Source: an uncultured Bacteroidales bacterium (GTDB lineage Bacteria > Bacteroidota > Bacteroidia > Bacteroidales > UBA932). From it: a stretch of DNA of 64,000 nucleotides. The stretch lies in assembly GCA_900316955.1 (NCBI GenBank), contig ONEX01000001.1, positions 630-64,629 on the forward strand. Direction: 5' to 3'. The notes beneath the pieces are model-generated. The model was given only the letters and a program-made list of their open reading frames with translations. It was not told the DNA's origin and ran no database searches. A program made the translations under genes and the position numbers. Positions 10,048 through 19,415 of the stretch are shown here, in pieces (the stretch's first letter is position 1; the number at the start of each line of letters is the position of its first letter).

Positions 10048-10950
10048 ATGGAATTGCGTCAGCTGAAATATTTCGTGACCGTGGGGCGGTTGGGAAGCTT
10101 TTCCCTGGCGTCCAAAGCCTTGTTTATCACGCAGGGAACCATTTCCCAGCAGATTCAGAAACTGGAGGAGGAGTTGGGGGTGGAACTGCTTACGCGCGAT
10201 ACGCGGCATGTGGCTCTCAGCGATTATGGCGAGCAGTTCTATCCCTGTGCCGTGCAAGTCCTGGAGGAAGCCCGTGCCGGGGTTGAAAGGATCCAGGATG
10301 TAAAGGCGCTGAAAGTCGGCACGCTCAGCATCGGTGCAACCTATTCCTTCGGACCGCTGTTCAGGCGGACGGTTCAGGATTTCTACAAGCAGTTTCCCCA
10401 CATCCGGCTGAATCTGGTCATCACATCCAAGGAGGAACTCCTGGAAAAAATGCTGGACCGCGAACTGGACCTGGCGCTCACGTACAGGTCGCCGCTCGGG
10501 GACGACCGGATCGAGTCACACCTGCTGTTCCGGAGCAGGCTCTGTCTGGTGGGGCGCGAGGACGAACTGATGGGAGCAGGCAACGAAGTGTCCGTACGGG
10601 ACCTTTCAAAGTTCCCGTTGGCCTTGCCGTCCAGGGGCCTTCAGGCGCGGGACACCCTGGAAGACGTCCTTTTCGCCCAGGATGTCAATCTCGATATCCG
10701 CCTGGAAATCAACAGCGTACGAACTCTGCTGGACCTGGTGGCAAATACCCCGCTGCTGACCATACTCTCAGAAGAATCCATCCATCAGGTGCAAGGCTTC
10801 GATGCCGTTCCCATCGCCCATCCCGACGGGCGCATGGACGGCTGCTACCATTATTTGAAAGGTTCCTACCTCAAAATGACCGCCCGGAAGTTCATCGAAC
10901 TCCTCAAGGAGAACAACTCATTCAACAAGACTTTCCTTGCGGGACTCTGA
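10048..10950 (+). CDS. LysR family transcriptional regulator (CynR-like)
   Basis: MELRQLKYFVTVGRLGSFSLASKALFITQGTISQQIQKLEEELG LysR HTH; divergent from the transporter. Confidence 0.95.
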   Translation: MELRQLKYFVTVGRLGSFSLASKALFITQGTISQQIQKLEEELGVELLTRDTRHVALSDYGEQFYPCAVQVLEEARAGVERIQDVKALKVGTLSIGATYSFGPLFRRTVQDFYKQFPHIRLNLVITSKEELLEKMLDRELDLALTYRSPLGDDRIESHLLFRSRLCLVGREDELMGAGNEVSVRDLSKFPLALPSRGLQARDTLEDVLFAQDVNLDIRLEINSVRTLLDLVANTPLLTILSEESIHQVQGFDAVPIAHPDGRMDGCYHYLKGSYLKMTARKFIELLKENNSFNKTFLAGL

Positions 10951-11099
10951 ATAATCCTTGCGGACGGCTCGAAGCCGACGACCCCTGGACCGGTGGACGG
11001 GTAGGGTATTTGCAGGAGACTTGAATCAGATCAATAATTTGCTGTGAAAACGATGAAACTGCTTACAGGACTTCAAACACCAAGTTATTCTCTGACAAA

Positions 11100-11181
11100 C
11101 CGGCTCATTTTGTGCTCAACAACGACGATTCACGGCTCAAGAGTTTGGAAATTGAGCCGTATATGCTTTCTTATGAGCCGG
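11100..11181. repeat. Nested inverted repeats of CGGCTCA (4 copies)
   Basis: ccggctcat 11100-11108 / atgagccgg 11173-11181; acggctcaa 11132-11140 / ttgagccgt 11152-11160. Confidence 0.7.
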
Positions 11182-11262
11182 AAGAATAAGACGTTATAGA
11201 TTCCGCCCGTGAAAGGATTGGGGAGGAGGTGGCTTGATTTGAATTTTAGCCTCTAACAGATG

Positions 11263-11685
11263 CTATTGCTTAGGGAGACCCGTTTGAACCACCTTGACTG
11301 ATTCCGTCTTTGAGAAAGAACTTATCAGCACGATCGCTTCACGCTTGGACGTGGTCTTATTTGGCTCAATAATCAGGACTACACCAGATGTCCAAGATAA
11401 AAGATCCCTGGTCTGAGGGTAGTCTTCGATTACTTTGGAGACACTGATCCAAGGCGTTGCTGGCGTGCGATCCCCATTGGCCGGATCGGTATTCCATCTA
11501 TCTGAATAGCCAAGTTTTATAGTTACATCATCAATTCCCGTTGACGTGACTGGAATGGTGATTTCTCCACCATTAGAATCAACCAAATACTCTTCTTGGG
11601 CTACTGATATGGCTGGAGTGTCCCACTTTGCGCATGACAAAACAATAGTTGTCAAGGCCAAAAAAACGATAGCGTGTATTTTCAT
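11263..11685 (-). CDS. Lipoprotein with BACON/Ig-like domain
   Basis: Start MKIHAIVF; lipobox IVLSC; GGEITIPVTS...PWISV...IIEPNKTTSKREAIVLIS...VKVVQ BACON-like pattern. Confidence 0.7.
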   Translation of the reverse strand: MKIHAIVFLALTTIVLSCAKWDTPAISVAQEEYLVDSNGGEITIPVTSTGIDDVTIKLGYSDRWNTDPANGDRTPATPWISVSKVIEDYPQTRDLLSWTSGVVLIIEPNKTTSKREAIVLISSFSKTESVKVVQTGLPKQ

Positions 11686-11889
11686 AATAATCGTTTTAAT
11701 TAAAGGTGAATTCAATTTAGAAGTGCAACACACTTCAAAAGTCAAAAATAAACAATTGTTTACGGCATCTTGTAACCGAAAAACTCATGGGGATAATACA
11801 TTATTTCCGCCCGTGTATGGATTGGAGTGGAGTGGAGGGAATCTCCGAGATACTCTATCTAGTGATACTGATAGAAGAAGAAAGACAGG

Positions 11890-12366
11890 TCAATAGATAA
11901 TATCGTCTCCTTCGCAGATTTGCACCTGAAGATTCATCTCCTGTTGCCATCCCTTTTCTTTTGCATGGGCATTCCAGGCGGCACCGGGAGCGTGGTCCCA
12001 AGTTATATGGACCATATAACCGGGGAAACAGCCTTCCCTTTCCACATTCGTCGCTCTGTACAGGACGCTTCCGGTGGCAGGATCGGACAAGGTGAAACCG
12101 TCCTTTGTGAATTGACAGGAAAGATGTTCCTCGTCGGTGTCGATATACTGATTGTCAAGATATCGACACATTCCTGAGCGGACCAGTGCGGGAATCGTCT
12201 CGTCTTCGGGAATCCAGATCCACATCTGAAACTTGTTCTCTCCTTGATTGCCGGCGTATAGATATCGGACAGGAGGGAATGTCTCAGTCTGTTCCTTTTG
12301 GCAGGCACTGGCCCCAAAAAGAAGGGCGGTTGCGACGAACAAGCGGAGAATGGTTAACGGTTTCAT
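11890..12366 (-). CDS. Hypothetical lipoprotein
   Basis: MKPLTILRLFVATALLFGASAC lipobox; TATCTTTG -7 box upstream (12392-12399, minus). Confidence 0.7.
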   Translation of the reverse strand: MKPLTILRLFVATALLFGASACQKEQTETFPPVRYLYAGNQGENKFQMWIWIPEDETIPALVRSGMCRYLDNQYIDTDEEHLSCQFTKDGFTLSDPATGSVLYRATNVEREGCFPGYMVHITWDHAPGAAWNAHAKEKGWQQEMNLQVQICEGDDIIY

Positions 12367-12446
12367 AAAAGGGTTCATTTACAATGATATACAAAGATAC
12401 ACTTTTTCATACAATCCCGATAACTGCTTATTCTTGCATCGTGGAC

Positions 12447-12825
12447 GAAAGAAAAAAGGACCGGAGCATAGTCCTGGCCCTTTCTCCATAGCGTTACTTC
12501 ACAATCTCATATTCATCGACACCCGGGATAAGAGCGATACCGGTTTCTTCGAGGTGAATCTGTCCGGCGGAGTCAATGAAGCGATGTACAAGTCTCGCTC
12601 GTACGTCAAAATGCGCATCTGGCCGAGGTTTTCTGCTCAAGCCTTCCGGAATCAGGCGGATAATCGACCAAATCGGCGAGACTTGTACATGGAATCGCCG
12701 TTCTGCCGATGCTTTCCTGTACAAGCCAGACTTGTACAGGAGCCGAGCAGCGCAAACGAGCCAAGCCAGGACATAACAAAAACGCCCCGCATTCCCGCGA
12801 GGCGTTTGGAGCGGAAAACGAGACT
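12447..12825 (-). repeat. Islet-end module copy 2 (att + terminator + TGTACA motifs + gene tail + terminator)
   Basis: Nearly identical to 23162-23541; contains 15-bp IR 12584-12598/12676-12690. Confidence 0.9.
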
Positions 12826-12933
12826 TGTCAAATACAAGCACCGATAATGGGCGGAACGGGATTATTTAATTTTAGATTATTTAATCTTGCATAATTCAAT
12901 CCTGAATATTATCTTTGCCTAAAACGAGAAACG

Positions 12934-14067
12934 ATGCTGCAGCCGAATCCTTTCATCATTACCGCCGATTACTACGGCCCTGAGTATTTCTGTGACAGGC
13001 AGGCCGAGACGGAAGCTTTGGAAAGCAATATCGCAAACGGGCGGAACACGGTGCTGATTTCGTCCCGCCGTATGGGGAAGTCCGGACTCATAGCCCATGT
13101 GTTCAACAGAGCGTTCGTGAAGTCGAACTTCAAAACATTCTCCATCGACCTGTATCCGACTTCTTCTTTGGCGGAATTGATTCTGCTGCTTGCCAAAGAG
13201 ATTACCGGTCCGTTGAAAAGCAAGGGGCAATCGCTATTGGAGTCTTTCCTGGGCATCGTCAAGTCCCTGCGGCCTGGTTTCAAGGTGGATCCGCTAACCG
13301 GCCAGTTCGTTTTCGACCTCTCGCTCGGAGAAATCGTCAAGCCGGTCGATTCACTGAGGGAAATCTTCCAATACCTGGAAGGCAGCGAGGTCCCCTGTCT
13401 TGTGTCGATGGATGAGTTTCAGCAGATCGCGGAGTATCCGGATAATAACGTGTTGGAATTGCTGCGCACCTATGTCCAGAAATGCAAGCACACCTGGTTC
13501 ATCTTTGCCGGCAGTGACAGGCGCATGATGGAAAAACTTTTCAACAATCCATCGGAGCCGTTTTATATGAGTTGCTCTCCCTTGTACCTGGATGCCATTC
13601 AGTATGAAAACTATCTGGCTTTTGCCCGACATCACTTTGAGGCGGCCGGGAAAAGCCTTCAGGAAGAGAGTTTCAAACAAGTGTACGAACTTTTTGATGG
13701 TCACACCTGGTATGTGCAGCGCTTGATGAACGAGTTGTACGCATGGACAAAACCGGGAGAGGCGGCCGATGCTCAGATGGCGTCCGATGCGCTCACTTTT
13801 GTGATCAAAACCTATGCGCGCACCTTCCAAGAGCAAATGAGCACTTATCCGGAGGCGCAAAAGCAGTTGTTGATCGCCATTGCCAAAGATGGGCAGGCGC
13901 AGCAGGTTACATCCGTAGCCTTCTGTAAAAAACACTCCATGAAAAGCCCGAGTACGGTACAGAGCGCCCTGCGCGTCCTTCACGACAAAGGAATTGTCAG
14001 AAAAGACGGAACAACCTATTCTGTGACGAACCGGTTGTTCGGCATCTGGCTTGCTATGGAGTATTAG
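12934..14067 (+). CDS. AAA+/archaeal-type ATP-binding protein with C-terminal winged helix
   Basis: N-terminal NPF...PEYFCDR, Walker A ISSRRMGKS, Walker B VSMDEFQ, FIFAGS. Confidence 0.85.
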   Translation: MLQPNPFIITADYYGPEYFCDRQAETEALESNIANGRNTVLISSRRMGKSGLIAHVFNRAFVKSNFKTFSIDLYPTSSLAELILLLAKEITGPLKSKGQSLLESFLGIVKSLRPGFKVDPLTGQFVFDLSLGEIVKPVDSLREIFQYLEGSEVPCLVSMDEFQQIAEYPDNNVLELLRTYVQKCKHTWFIFAGSDRRMMEKLFNNPSEPFYMSCSPLYLDAIQYENYLAFARHHFEAAGKSLQEESFKQVYELFDGHTWYVQRLMNELYAWTKPGEAADAQMASDALTFVIKTYARTFQEQMSTYPEAQKQLLIAIAKDGQAQQVTSVAFCKKHSMKSPSTVQSALRVLHDKGIVRKDGTTYSVTNRLFGIWLAMEY

Positions 14068-14179
14068 CGGTTTTCCAACGATAAAACCAGGGAACGCATC
14101 CCTGCGTTCCCTGGCCGTTTCCGGTAACCAGCCGGAAGAAAGTAGTCCAATTAGCTGTCGGTTACACAGTATTAATCCA

Positions 14180-15262
14180 TCAGAGTACTCCCGGTTGTGC
14201 AGGGCGGTCTCCTCGGAGATACTTGCCGATGATGGAATCAAGAATCAGGTCATCGTACCCCCAGAAGTTCCGCAAGAGGATGGTTCCGTCCGGTCCGAAA
14301 AGGATCATGTCGGGAATCCGGCGCACGCCGTAGGTTTCCAGGGGAATGCTTTGGGCATTGACAATCAAATTCCAGGTGATTCCCATTTCCTTTGCCGCAG
14401 CCAGTGAATTCTCGGGAGTGTCGGAAACGGCGATGCTTACGATATCGAAATCGTCTCCGTGATATTTTTCATAGATGTTCTTCAGTCCCGACATTTCTTT
14501 CCGGTTCTCTTCGCACCAGGAGGCCCAGAATACCAACAGGATGGTCTTTCCTTTGCCGACATAGTCGGACAGTTTCACCGCGGAGTGCGGATTGGCGGGA
14601 TCCTGCACCACTTCGAAATCGGTGAACATGTCGCCGATGGATGTACGGGCGCGTGCTTCCAGGGTGGGCAAAAGGGCCTGAACCGTGGCATTCTGTTTCA
14701 TCTCTTCTGAGAGCGTACTCGCCAAAGACAGAGCGACTTTGGGGTCGAGGCTTTCCAGCGCCGACAGCGCCATGGCTCCCGTAATATTGTCCGGATTCTG
14801 CTGGATGGCGTTCCGGTGGATGGTGACAAGCCGCTGGTGGTATTCCTCCTGCACATATTTCTTTTGGACGGCCTCCTGTTCAAAATCCAGCCATTCCTGT
14901 CGCCAGGCATTGAAACGGCTTTGGACGCCATCGGGGTTGGAAGATGTGACTTGGTGCGTTTCCATGTCGATGGCAAGCGTGGAGCCATCGGCAATGAACG
15001 CTACGATATCCCCCGGAATGAGCACTTCCGAGAATTGTGTGACGCGGGAGGAAATCTCGGCCTCGAACCGGCGATTGGTCACGGGGATCCTGATGGTCTT
15101 GATCGGCGATTCATCGGGGGTTGTCCAGTATTGGATGTCGACGGAATCGGGGACGTTCTCCCCGCTGAAAGTGCCGGATATCCGGGTTGTGCGAATGTTT
15201 CCGTGGGAACAGGAAAGGAGCGCCGCGCCGAGCGCAAGGATGGCAGCGATTGTCTTATTCAT
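14180..15262 (-). CDS. TlpA/AhpC-TSA family thioredoxin-like lipoprotein (monothiol CEEN site)
   Basis: Lipobox LLSC; SDYVGKGKTILLVFWASWCEENR...YGVRRIPDMILFGPDGTI. Confidence 0.8.
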   Translation of the reverse strand: MNKTIAAILALGAALLSCSHGNIRTTRISGTFSGENVPDSVDIQYWTTPDESPIKTIRIPVTNRRFEAEISSRVTQFSEVLIPGDIVAFIADGSTLAIDMETHQVTSSNPDGVQSRFNAWRQEWLDFEQEAVQKKYVQEEYHQRLVTIHRNAIQQNPDNITGAMALSALESLDPKVALSLASTLSEEMKQNATVQALLPTLEARARTSIGDMFTDFEVVQDPANPHSAVKLSDYVGKGKTILLVFWASWCEENRKEMSGLKNIYEKYHGDDFDIVSIAVSDTPENSLAAAKEMGITWNLIVNAQSIPLETYGVRRIPDMILFGPDGTILLRNFWGYDDLILDSIIGKYLRGDRPAQPGVL

Positions 15263-16373
15263 GGCGCACCCGGTTAATCTTCAGGAGTCCCACTTTCCGG
15301 AGTTCGTCCTGCAGCTGTTCCGCGCTGCCCGCCGGTGCCTCAGGGGAGGCATCGACCTGGATGGCCATCGGCGGGTAAACCCGGTTACCGATCATACCGC
15401 GAAGATATGGGCCCACCCGTTCGACCTCGAACCCATAGCCCGGGCCATTGACATAGACGAGCCCGTCCGCGTTCAGGTTCAAGACGACCGCGTTTTCGGG
15501 TCGAATGGGCAAATCATCATAGACGGTCTGCGTCTGCAGGCCTATGCACATGCACATAAGCGGAATAAGCCATAATACCCGCAATCCTCTAGTGAGTGTG
15601 GATTTGGTTTTTGACATCATAGTAATTCGGTTTTTAAGGATACTATGGTTGAAACTATTGGCAACTGAGTAGCCGCTCTTGCCGACAGCTTTCTTGACAA
15701 GCAGGTATTGATATTCCTTGAGATTGGCGCCACTCCGGAGCACGGCGTCGTCGGCTTCATACTCATGGAGTTCCTGAAGATCCATACGGAGCACCCAAAT
15801 GGCAGGATTGAACCACTGGAATGCCGAGAGGATGTCTATCAAAAGCAGATCGATGGAGTGTCTATAATGGATATGCGCTTTTTCGTGCGTGATGATAGAC
15901 TCGTGGGGACTCGCCCAGTCTTGCCTGGACAGAACGATATATTTCATCCAGCTGAACGGACCGACATCCCGGTTTGTGATGATGATTTTGCATCCGTCTT
16001 CCTCCTGCACACATTCGCCCTGCCGGATAATGCGGAGGACGGATAGGATCGACACCAACTCGCGGGCGAGCACGAAGACAACGCCGACGAAAAACAGGAT
16101 GGACAAAGCCATCGGCCACCAGGCTCCCGATGCGGTTCCTGCGATTCCGGCTATTGACGAGACCTCTTCCGGAATCTGTTGCGACGCCATCTCCATCGGC
16201 TTATGGATGGTGATGACGCACATCGGCAGCAGGAAGCTGACGAGCATCATCCCCACCAGAACCACCCGGTTCAGTCGATGGAAAGATTCCCTCTTCAGCA
16301 GGAGCCGATAGAACAGGGAGAAGACAGCCAGAACGATGGCGACCTTGCCTTCGTATATGAGGAAGGGAAGCAT
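15255..16373 (-). CDS. M56 family (BlaR1/MecR1-like) metallopeptidase
   Basis: PFSWMKYI, HEKAH, FQWFNPAIW, HEYEAD, LKNRITMM; short C-terminal periplasmic domain. Confidence 0.92.
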   Translation of the reverse strand: MLPFLIYEGKVAIVLAVFSLFYRLLLKRESFHRLNRVVLVGMMLVSFLLPMCVITIHKPMEMASQQIPEEVSSIAGIAGTASGAWWPMALSILFFVGVVFVLARELVSILSVLRIIRQGECVQEEDGCKIIITNRDVGPFSWMKYIVLSRQDWASPHESIITHEKAHIHYRHSIDLLLIDILSAFQWFNPAIWVLRMDLQELHEYEADDAVLRSGANLKEYQYLLVKKAVGKSGYSVANSFNHSILKNRITMMSKTKSTLTRGLRVLWLIPLMCMCIGLQTQTVYDDLPIRPENAVVLNLNADGLVYVNGPGYGFEVERVGPYLRGMIGNRVYPPMAIQVDASPEAPAGSAEQLQDELRKVGLLKINRVRHE

Positions 16374-16375
16374 GA

Positions 16376-16735
16376 CTATTTCCCTTTTTCAATCAGGTCG
16401 ATGAGTTCCTTCAGCTCATCCACCGAAACCTTGTCTTCTTTCACCAGGGCAGAGATGGCGTTGATGAAGGAGTTGTCAAAATACTTGTCGATAAGCCCGA
16501 CGAGCGAACGGCTTTTGTACTCTTCCCTGGTCACCTTTGCGAAATACTGATAAGTGGGCCCGTAATCCTTGTGGTCGATGAACCCTTCTCCCTCCAGTTT
16601 GCGAACCTGCGTGGAAAGCGTAGTGAATTGCGGTTTAGGTTCCGGGTAAAGATCGCGTAACTCCCTGACAAACAAGGGCCCTTTCTCCCAGAAATGGTTC
16701 ATGATAATCTCTTCTTTCTTCGTGAGTCGTTTCAT
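16376..16735 (-). CDS. BlaI/MecI/CopY family repressor
   Basis: MKRLTKKEEIIMNHFW...TTLSTQVRKLEGEGFI...LIDKYFDNS. Confidence 0.92.
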   Translation of the reverse strand: MKRLTKKEEIIMNHFWEKGPLFVRELRDLYPEPKPQFTTLSTQVRKLEGEGFIDHKDYGPTYQYFAKVTREEYKSRSLVGLIDKYFDNSFINAISALVKEDKVSVDELKELIDLIEKGK

Positions 16736-16755
16736 GACGGGAAATTCTTTTTTTT

Positions 16756-16780
16756 GCAAATATAACTAAAATTTTTAGTT
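16756..16780 (-). promoter_or_regulatory. -7 promoter with adjacent BlaI-type operator
   Basis: TATATTTG (minus, 16756-16763) abutting perfect palindrome AACTAAAA-T-TTTTAGTT (16764-16780). Confidence 0.7.
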
Positions 16781-16985
16781 GTACAACAATTTTATATAGT
16801 TTTACGCCGATTTGTTATAGTTGTTCCAACGGAAGGCGCTTGGATTTGTACGCTGCCGATGTGTACAAAGAAGACGGTTTCTAAGAAGGGATTCGTGTAC
16901 ACTGCTGCAGTGTGCAAGCCTGGCCGGAATGAATTGACTGGTGCGAGTTGGCCCAAACGCATAGACCAGCACCCGGCCACAAACA

Positions 16986-17038
16986 AAAACGCCCCGCATT
17001 GCTGCGAGGCGTTCGGAGCGGAAAACGAGACTTGAACT
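16986..17038 (-). repeat. att-like copy of tRNA-Gly 3' end plus terminator
   Basis: 17016-17038 matches 23525-23547 at 22/23 nt; hairpin AACGCCTCGCA-GCAA-TGCGGGGCGTT plus T-tract follows on minus strand. Confidence 0.88.
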
Positions 17039-17241
17039 ATTTCTTGTAATATATTGACAATCAATGATTTATGAGAAACCGAAAAGACATCAGGTGAAAC
17101 ATAGGTGAAACTTTCGTGGCTTTTCAGGACGTATAGGGAAAGCGACATAAAGAGACACAAGGCAAAGGAAAAGACGCCATGAACTGCCCCAAAATGTATT
17201 TATGCCGGAGGTCATGGACGATAGAAAGCCTGGTGCCAACG

Positions 17242-17685
17242 CTAGTCATCAACGTTGACCAGCTTGCCTTTTTTATCAAACTTGAGTTCCAGTCCGCTGG
17301 CAAGTTCAATCTCATGCCCCAAAGTCTCTTTGTCAATCTTGACGATGACCTGGCCCGGGAAACTCTGCCGGACATAATCGGCGATGGCGGCGGGAATCAG
17401 TGCGGCAGGTACGGCCGTCCGTTTGCAGTCGATTTTGTCCCACTGTCCCTTGCCGTCGAATTCAATCTCGGTACCGTCCTGAAACACGACCTCATAGGTT
17501 GTTTTGGTGAGTTCACTGTCTTTTTTGACATAGGAGACGGTATTCTCAGGAAAGTATTCCTTTATGAAGGACTGAGCCGCTTCGGGCAGTTTGTCGGTGG
17601 TCATAATGGCGTCTTTGCATGAAACGAGTAATGTGGCGGCGGACACGAGGGTCATGACCGCGAAAAGATTTGTAAACATTTTCAT
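17242..17685 (-). CDS. PepSY-like (BLIP-like) domain lipoprotein
   Basis: LLVSC lipobox; LPEAAQSFIKEYFP...YEVVFQDGTEIEFDGKGQW...IPAAIADYV...HEIELASGLELKFDKKG two-repeat pattern. Confidence 0.85.
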   Translation of the reverse strand: MKMFTNLFAVMTLVSAATLLVSCKDAIMTTDKLPEAAQSFIKEYFPENTVSYVKKDSELTKTTYEVVFQDGTEIEFDGKGQWDKIDCKRTAVPAALIPAAIADYVRQSFPGQVIVKIDKETLGHEIELASGLELKFDKKGKLVNVDD

Positions 17686-19364
17686 GATTTGGTTGCTTTA
17701 AGTGATTTGATTGATTTGGCAATATTGATCATATGGTCAGCGATACGCTCTGCATTGGAGGAGAGTTCCAGATACTGCGCCCCGACGGAAGGTGTACAGA
17801 TGCCTTTCTCCATACGGGCGATGTGCCCGTCTTCCATTTCTTTGGTGTAGTCGTCGATTTCCTCCTCTATGAAGTTGGCTTCGCGCAGGGACTCCAGGCT
17901 TTCATTCTGATACGCATCCATCGCATGGGCATACAACTGGTGCAGCAGCTTCTTCAACTGGCTGATTTCGTATTTGGCCTCGTCGGAGAACTGCTGGGAC
18001 GTATCGGCCAGAACGGTCGCATATTCGACGATGTTCTCGGCATAATCCCCGATCCGTTCCAGGTCCCGGATGCTGCGGTAAGTGCCGGAGAGGTACGTCC
18101 TGTCCTTTTCGCCCAGACCGCTCCGGCCGCTGAGCCGGACGACAAAACCAACCAGCTCGCGGTTGATGAAGTCCAACTGCCGTTCGTCCCGGTCGAAAAG
18201 GTTTTTATCGGCAAAGTCCAGCTGCACGGCCATATCCAGCGCGCGGTCCACGTTTTCCAGGGCGATATCGGCCATCCGCAGAATCTCGCGTTTGACCTGG
18301 GAAACGGCCACAGGAGGGGTCCGGAGCATATTCTCGTCCACATAACGGAGGGAGAACTCGCGATCCTTGGGGACGGTGCGTTCCGGGATCATCCGGATCA
18401 CCAGCGCGACCAGCGCGCCCGTCAGGGGCAGCATCACGGCCACCGTCACGACGTTGAAGAATGTATGGAACATCGCCAGCTGCACCTGGGGAGCCGAGGG
18501 GAACAGCCGCTCGAACAGGCCTCCGTAAGAGACATCGAACCACCCCAGGACCAGGGCTGCCAGCAGGAACAGGACCACGCCGGAGCAGTTGAACAGCAAG
18601 TGGATGAGGGCGGTGCGCTTAGCATTCGTTCCGCTGGTGACGCCCGCGATGACCGCGACCACGCAGGAGCCGATGTTGGAGCCCATCGTCAGGTAGATGC
18701 CCTGGTCGATGCCGATGAGCCCGGTCACCACCATCGCCAACGCGATGGAGGTCATCACGGAGGAACTCTGGATGATGGCCGTGAAGACAGCGCCCAGCAG
18801 GACGAGCAGGAGGGGATTTCCGATTCCGGCGAGGAATGTTTTGACGCCGTCCAGGGCGGCGAACTGTTCCATTGATCCGCTCATGAGTTCCAGGCCCACG
18901 AACAGAAGGCCGAAGCCGGCCAGGATGCCGCCCAGGGTCTTGGAACCGCTCTTTTTGGCAAAAATGCTCAGGAAGGCGCCCAGGCCGGCGAAGGCCGAGA
19001 AGATGACGCTCGTGGACAGGGAATTGCCCCCGAACATACCCAGGGCGACAATCTGCGCCGTCACTGTGGTACCGATGTTGGCGCCATAGATGATGGTCGC
19101 GGCCTGCGCCAGGGAGATGATACCGGCATTGACAAAGCCGATGGTCATGACCGTGGTGGCGCCGGAACTCTGGATGGCCGCCGTCCCCAGCGCGCCGATT
19201 CCGACACCCATCAGTTTGCTGTTGGAAGCTTTCGAAAAGAGCAGTTTCAGTTTTTCCGAGCTCGCCGCTTCTAGATTCGAGCTCATCATCTGACACGCAA
19301 TCAGGAATACACCGATTCCTGCAAGGAGTGTCAGCAAAGAGGTGATGATTGCTGTTAAATCCAT
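17682..19364 (-). CDS. Na+/Pi cotransporter family protein with PhoU domains
   Basis: Duplicated IQSSGATT / IQSSSVMT and GANIGTT / GSNIGS motifs; C-terminal DLERIGDYAENI / NAERIADHMINI. Confidence 0.95.
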   Translation of the reverse strand: MDLTAIITSLLTLLAGIGVFLIACQMMSSNLEAASSEKLKLLFSKASNSKLMGVGIGALGTAAIQSSGATTVMTIGFVNAGIISLAQAATIIYGANIGTTVTAQIVALGMFGGNSLSTSVIFSAFAGLGAFLSIFAKKSGSKTLGGILAGFGLLFVGLELMSGSMEQFAALDGVKTFLAGIGNPLLLVLLGAVFTAIIQSSSVMTSIALAMVVTGLIGIDQGIYLTMGSNIGSCVVAVIAGVTSGTNAKRTALIHLLFNCSGVVLFLLAALVLGWFDVSYGGLFERLFPSAPQVQLAMFHTFFNVVTVAVMLPLTGALVALVIRMIPERTVPKDREFSLRYVDENMLRTPPVAVSQVKREILRMADIALENVDRALDMAVQLDFADKNLFDRDERQLDFINRELVGFVVRLSGRSGLGEKDRTYLSGTYRSIRDLERIGDYAENIVEYATVLADTSQQFSDEAKYEISQLKKLLHQLYAHAMDAYQNESLESLREANFIEEEIDDYTKEMEDGHIARMEKGICTPSVGAQYLELSSNAERIADHMINIAKSIKSLKATKS

Positions 19365-19415
19365 ATAAGTTGTTTTGAAAGAATGACTTGAATCCTCCTG
19401 AAAGTAGGATTCAGT

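Noticed and set aside
12494-12841. 115-aa and 122-aa ORFs (also 23199-23567) as complete genes
   Set aside because: Their starts differ, one lies inside the tRNA, they run through a terminator, and an A-run indel changes the upstream frame; only the 3' tail looks coding
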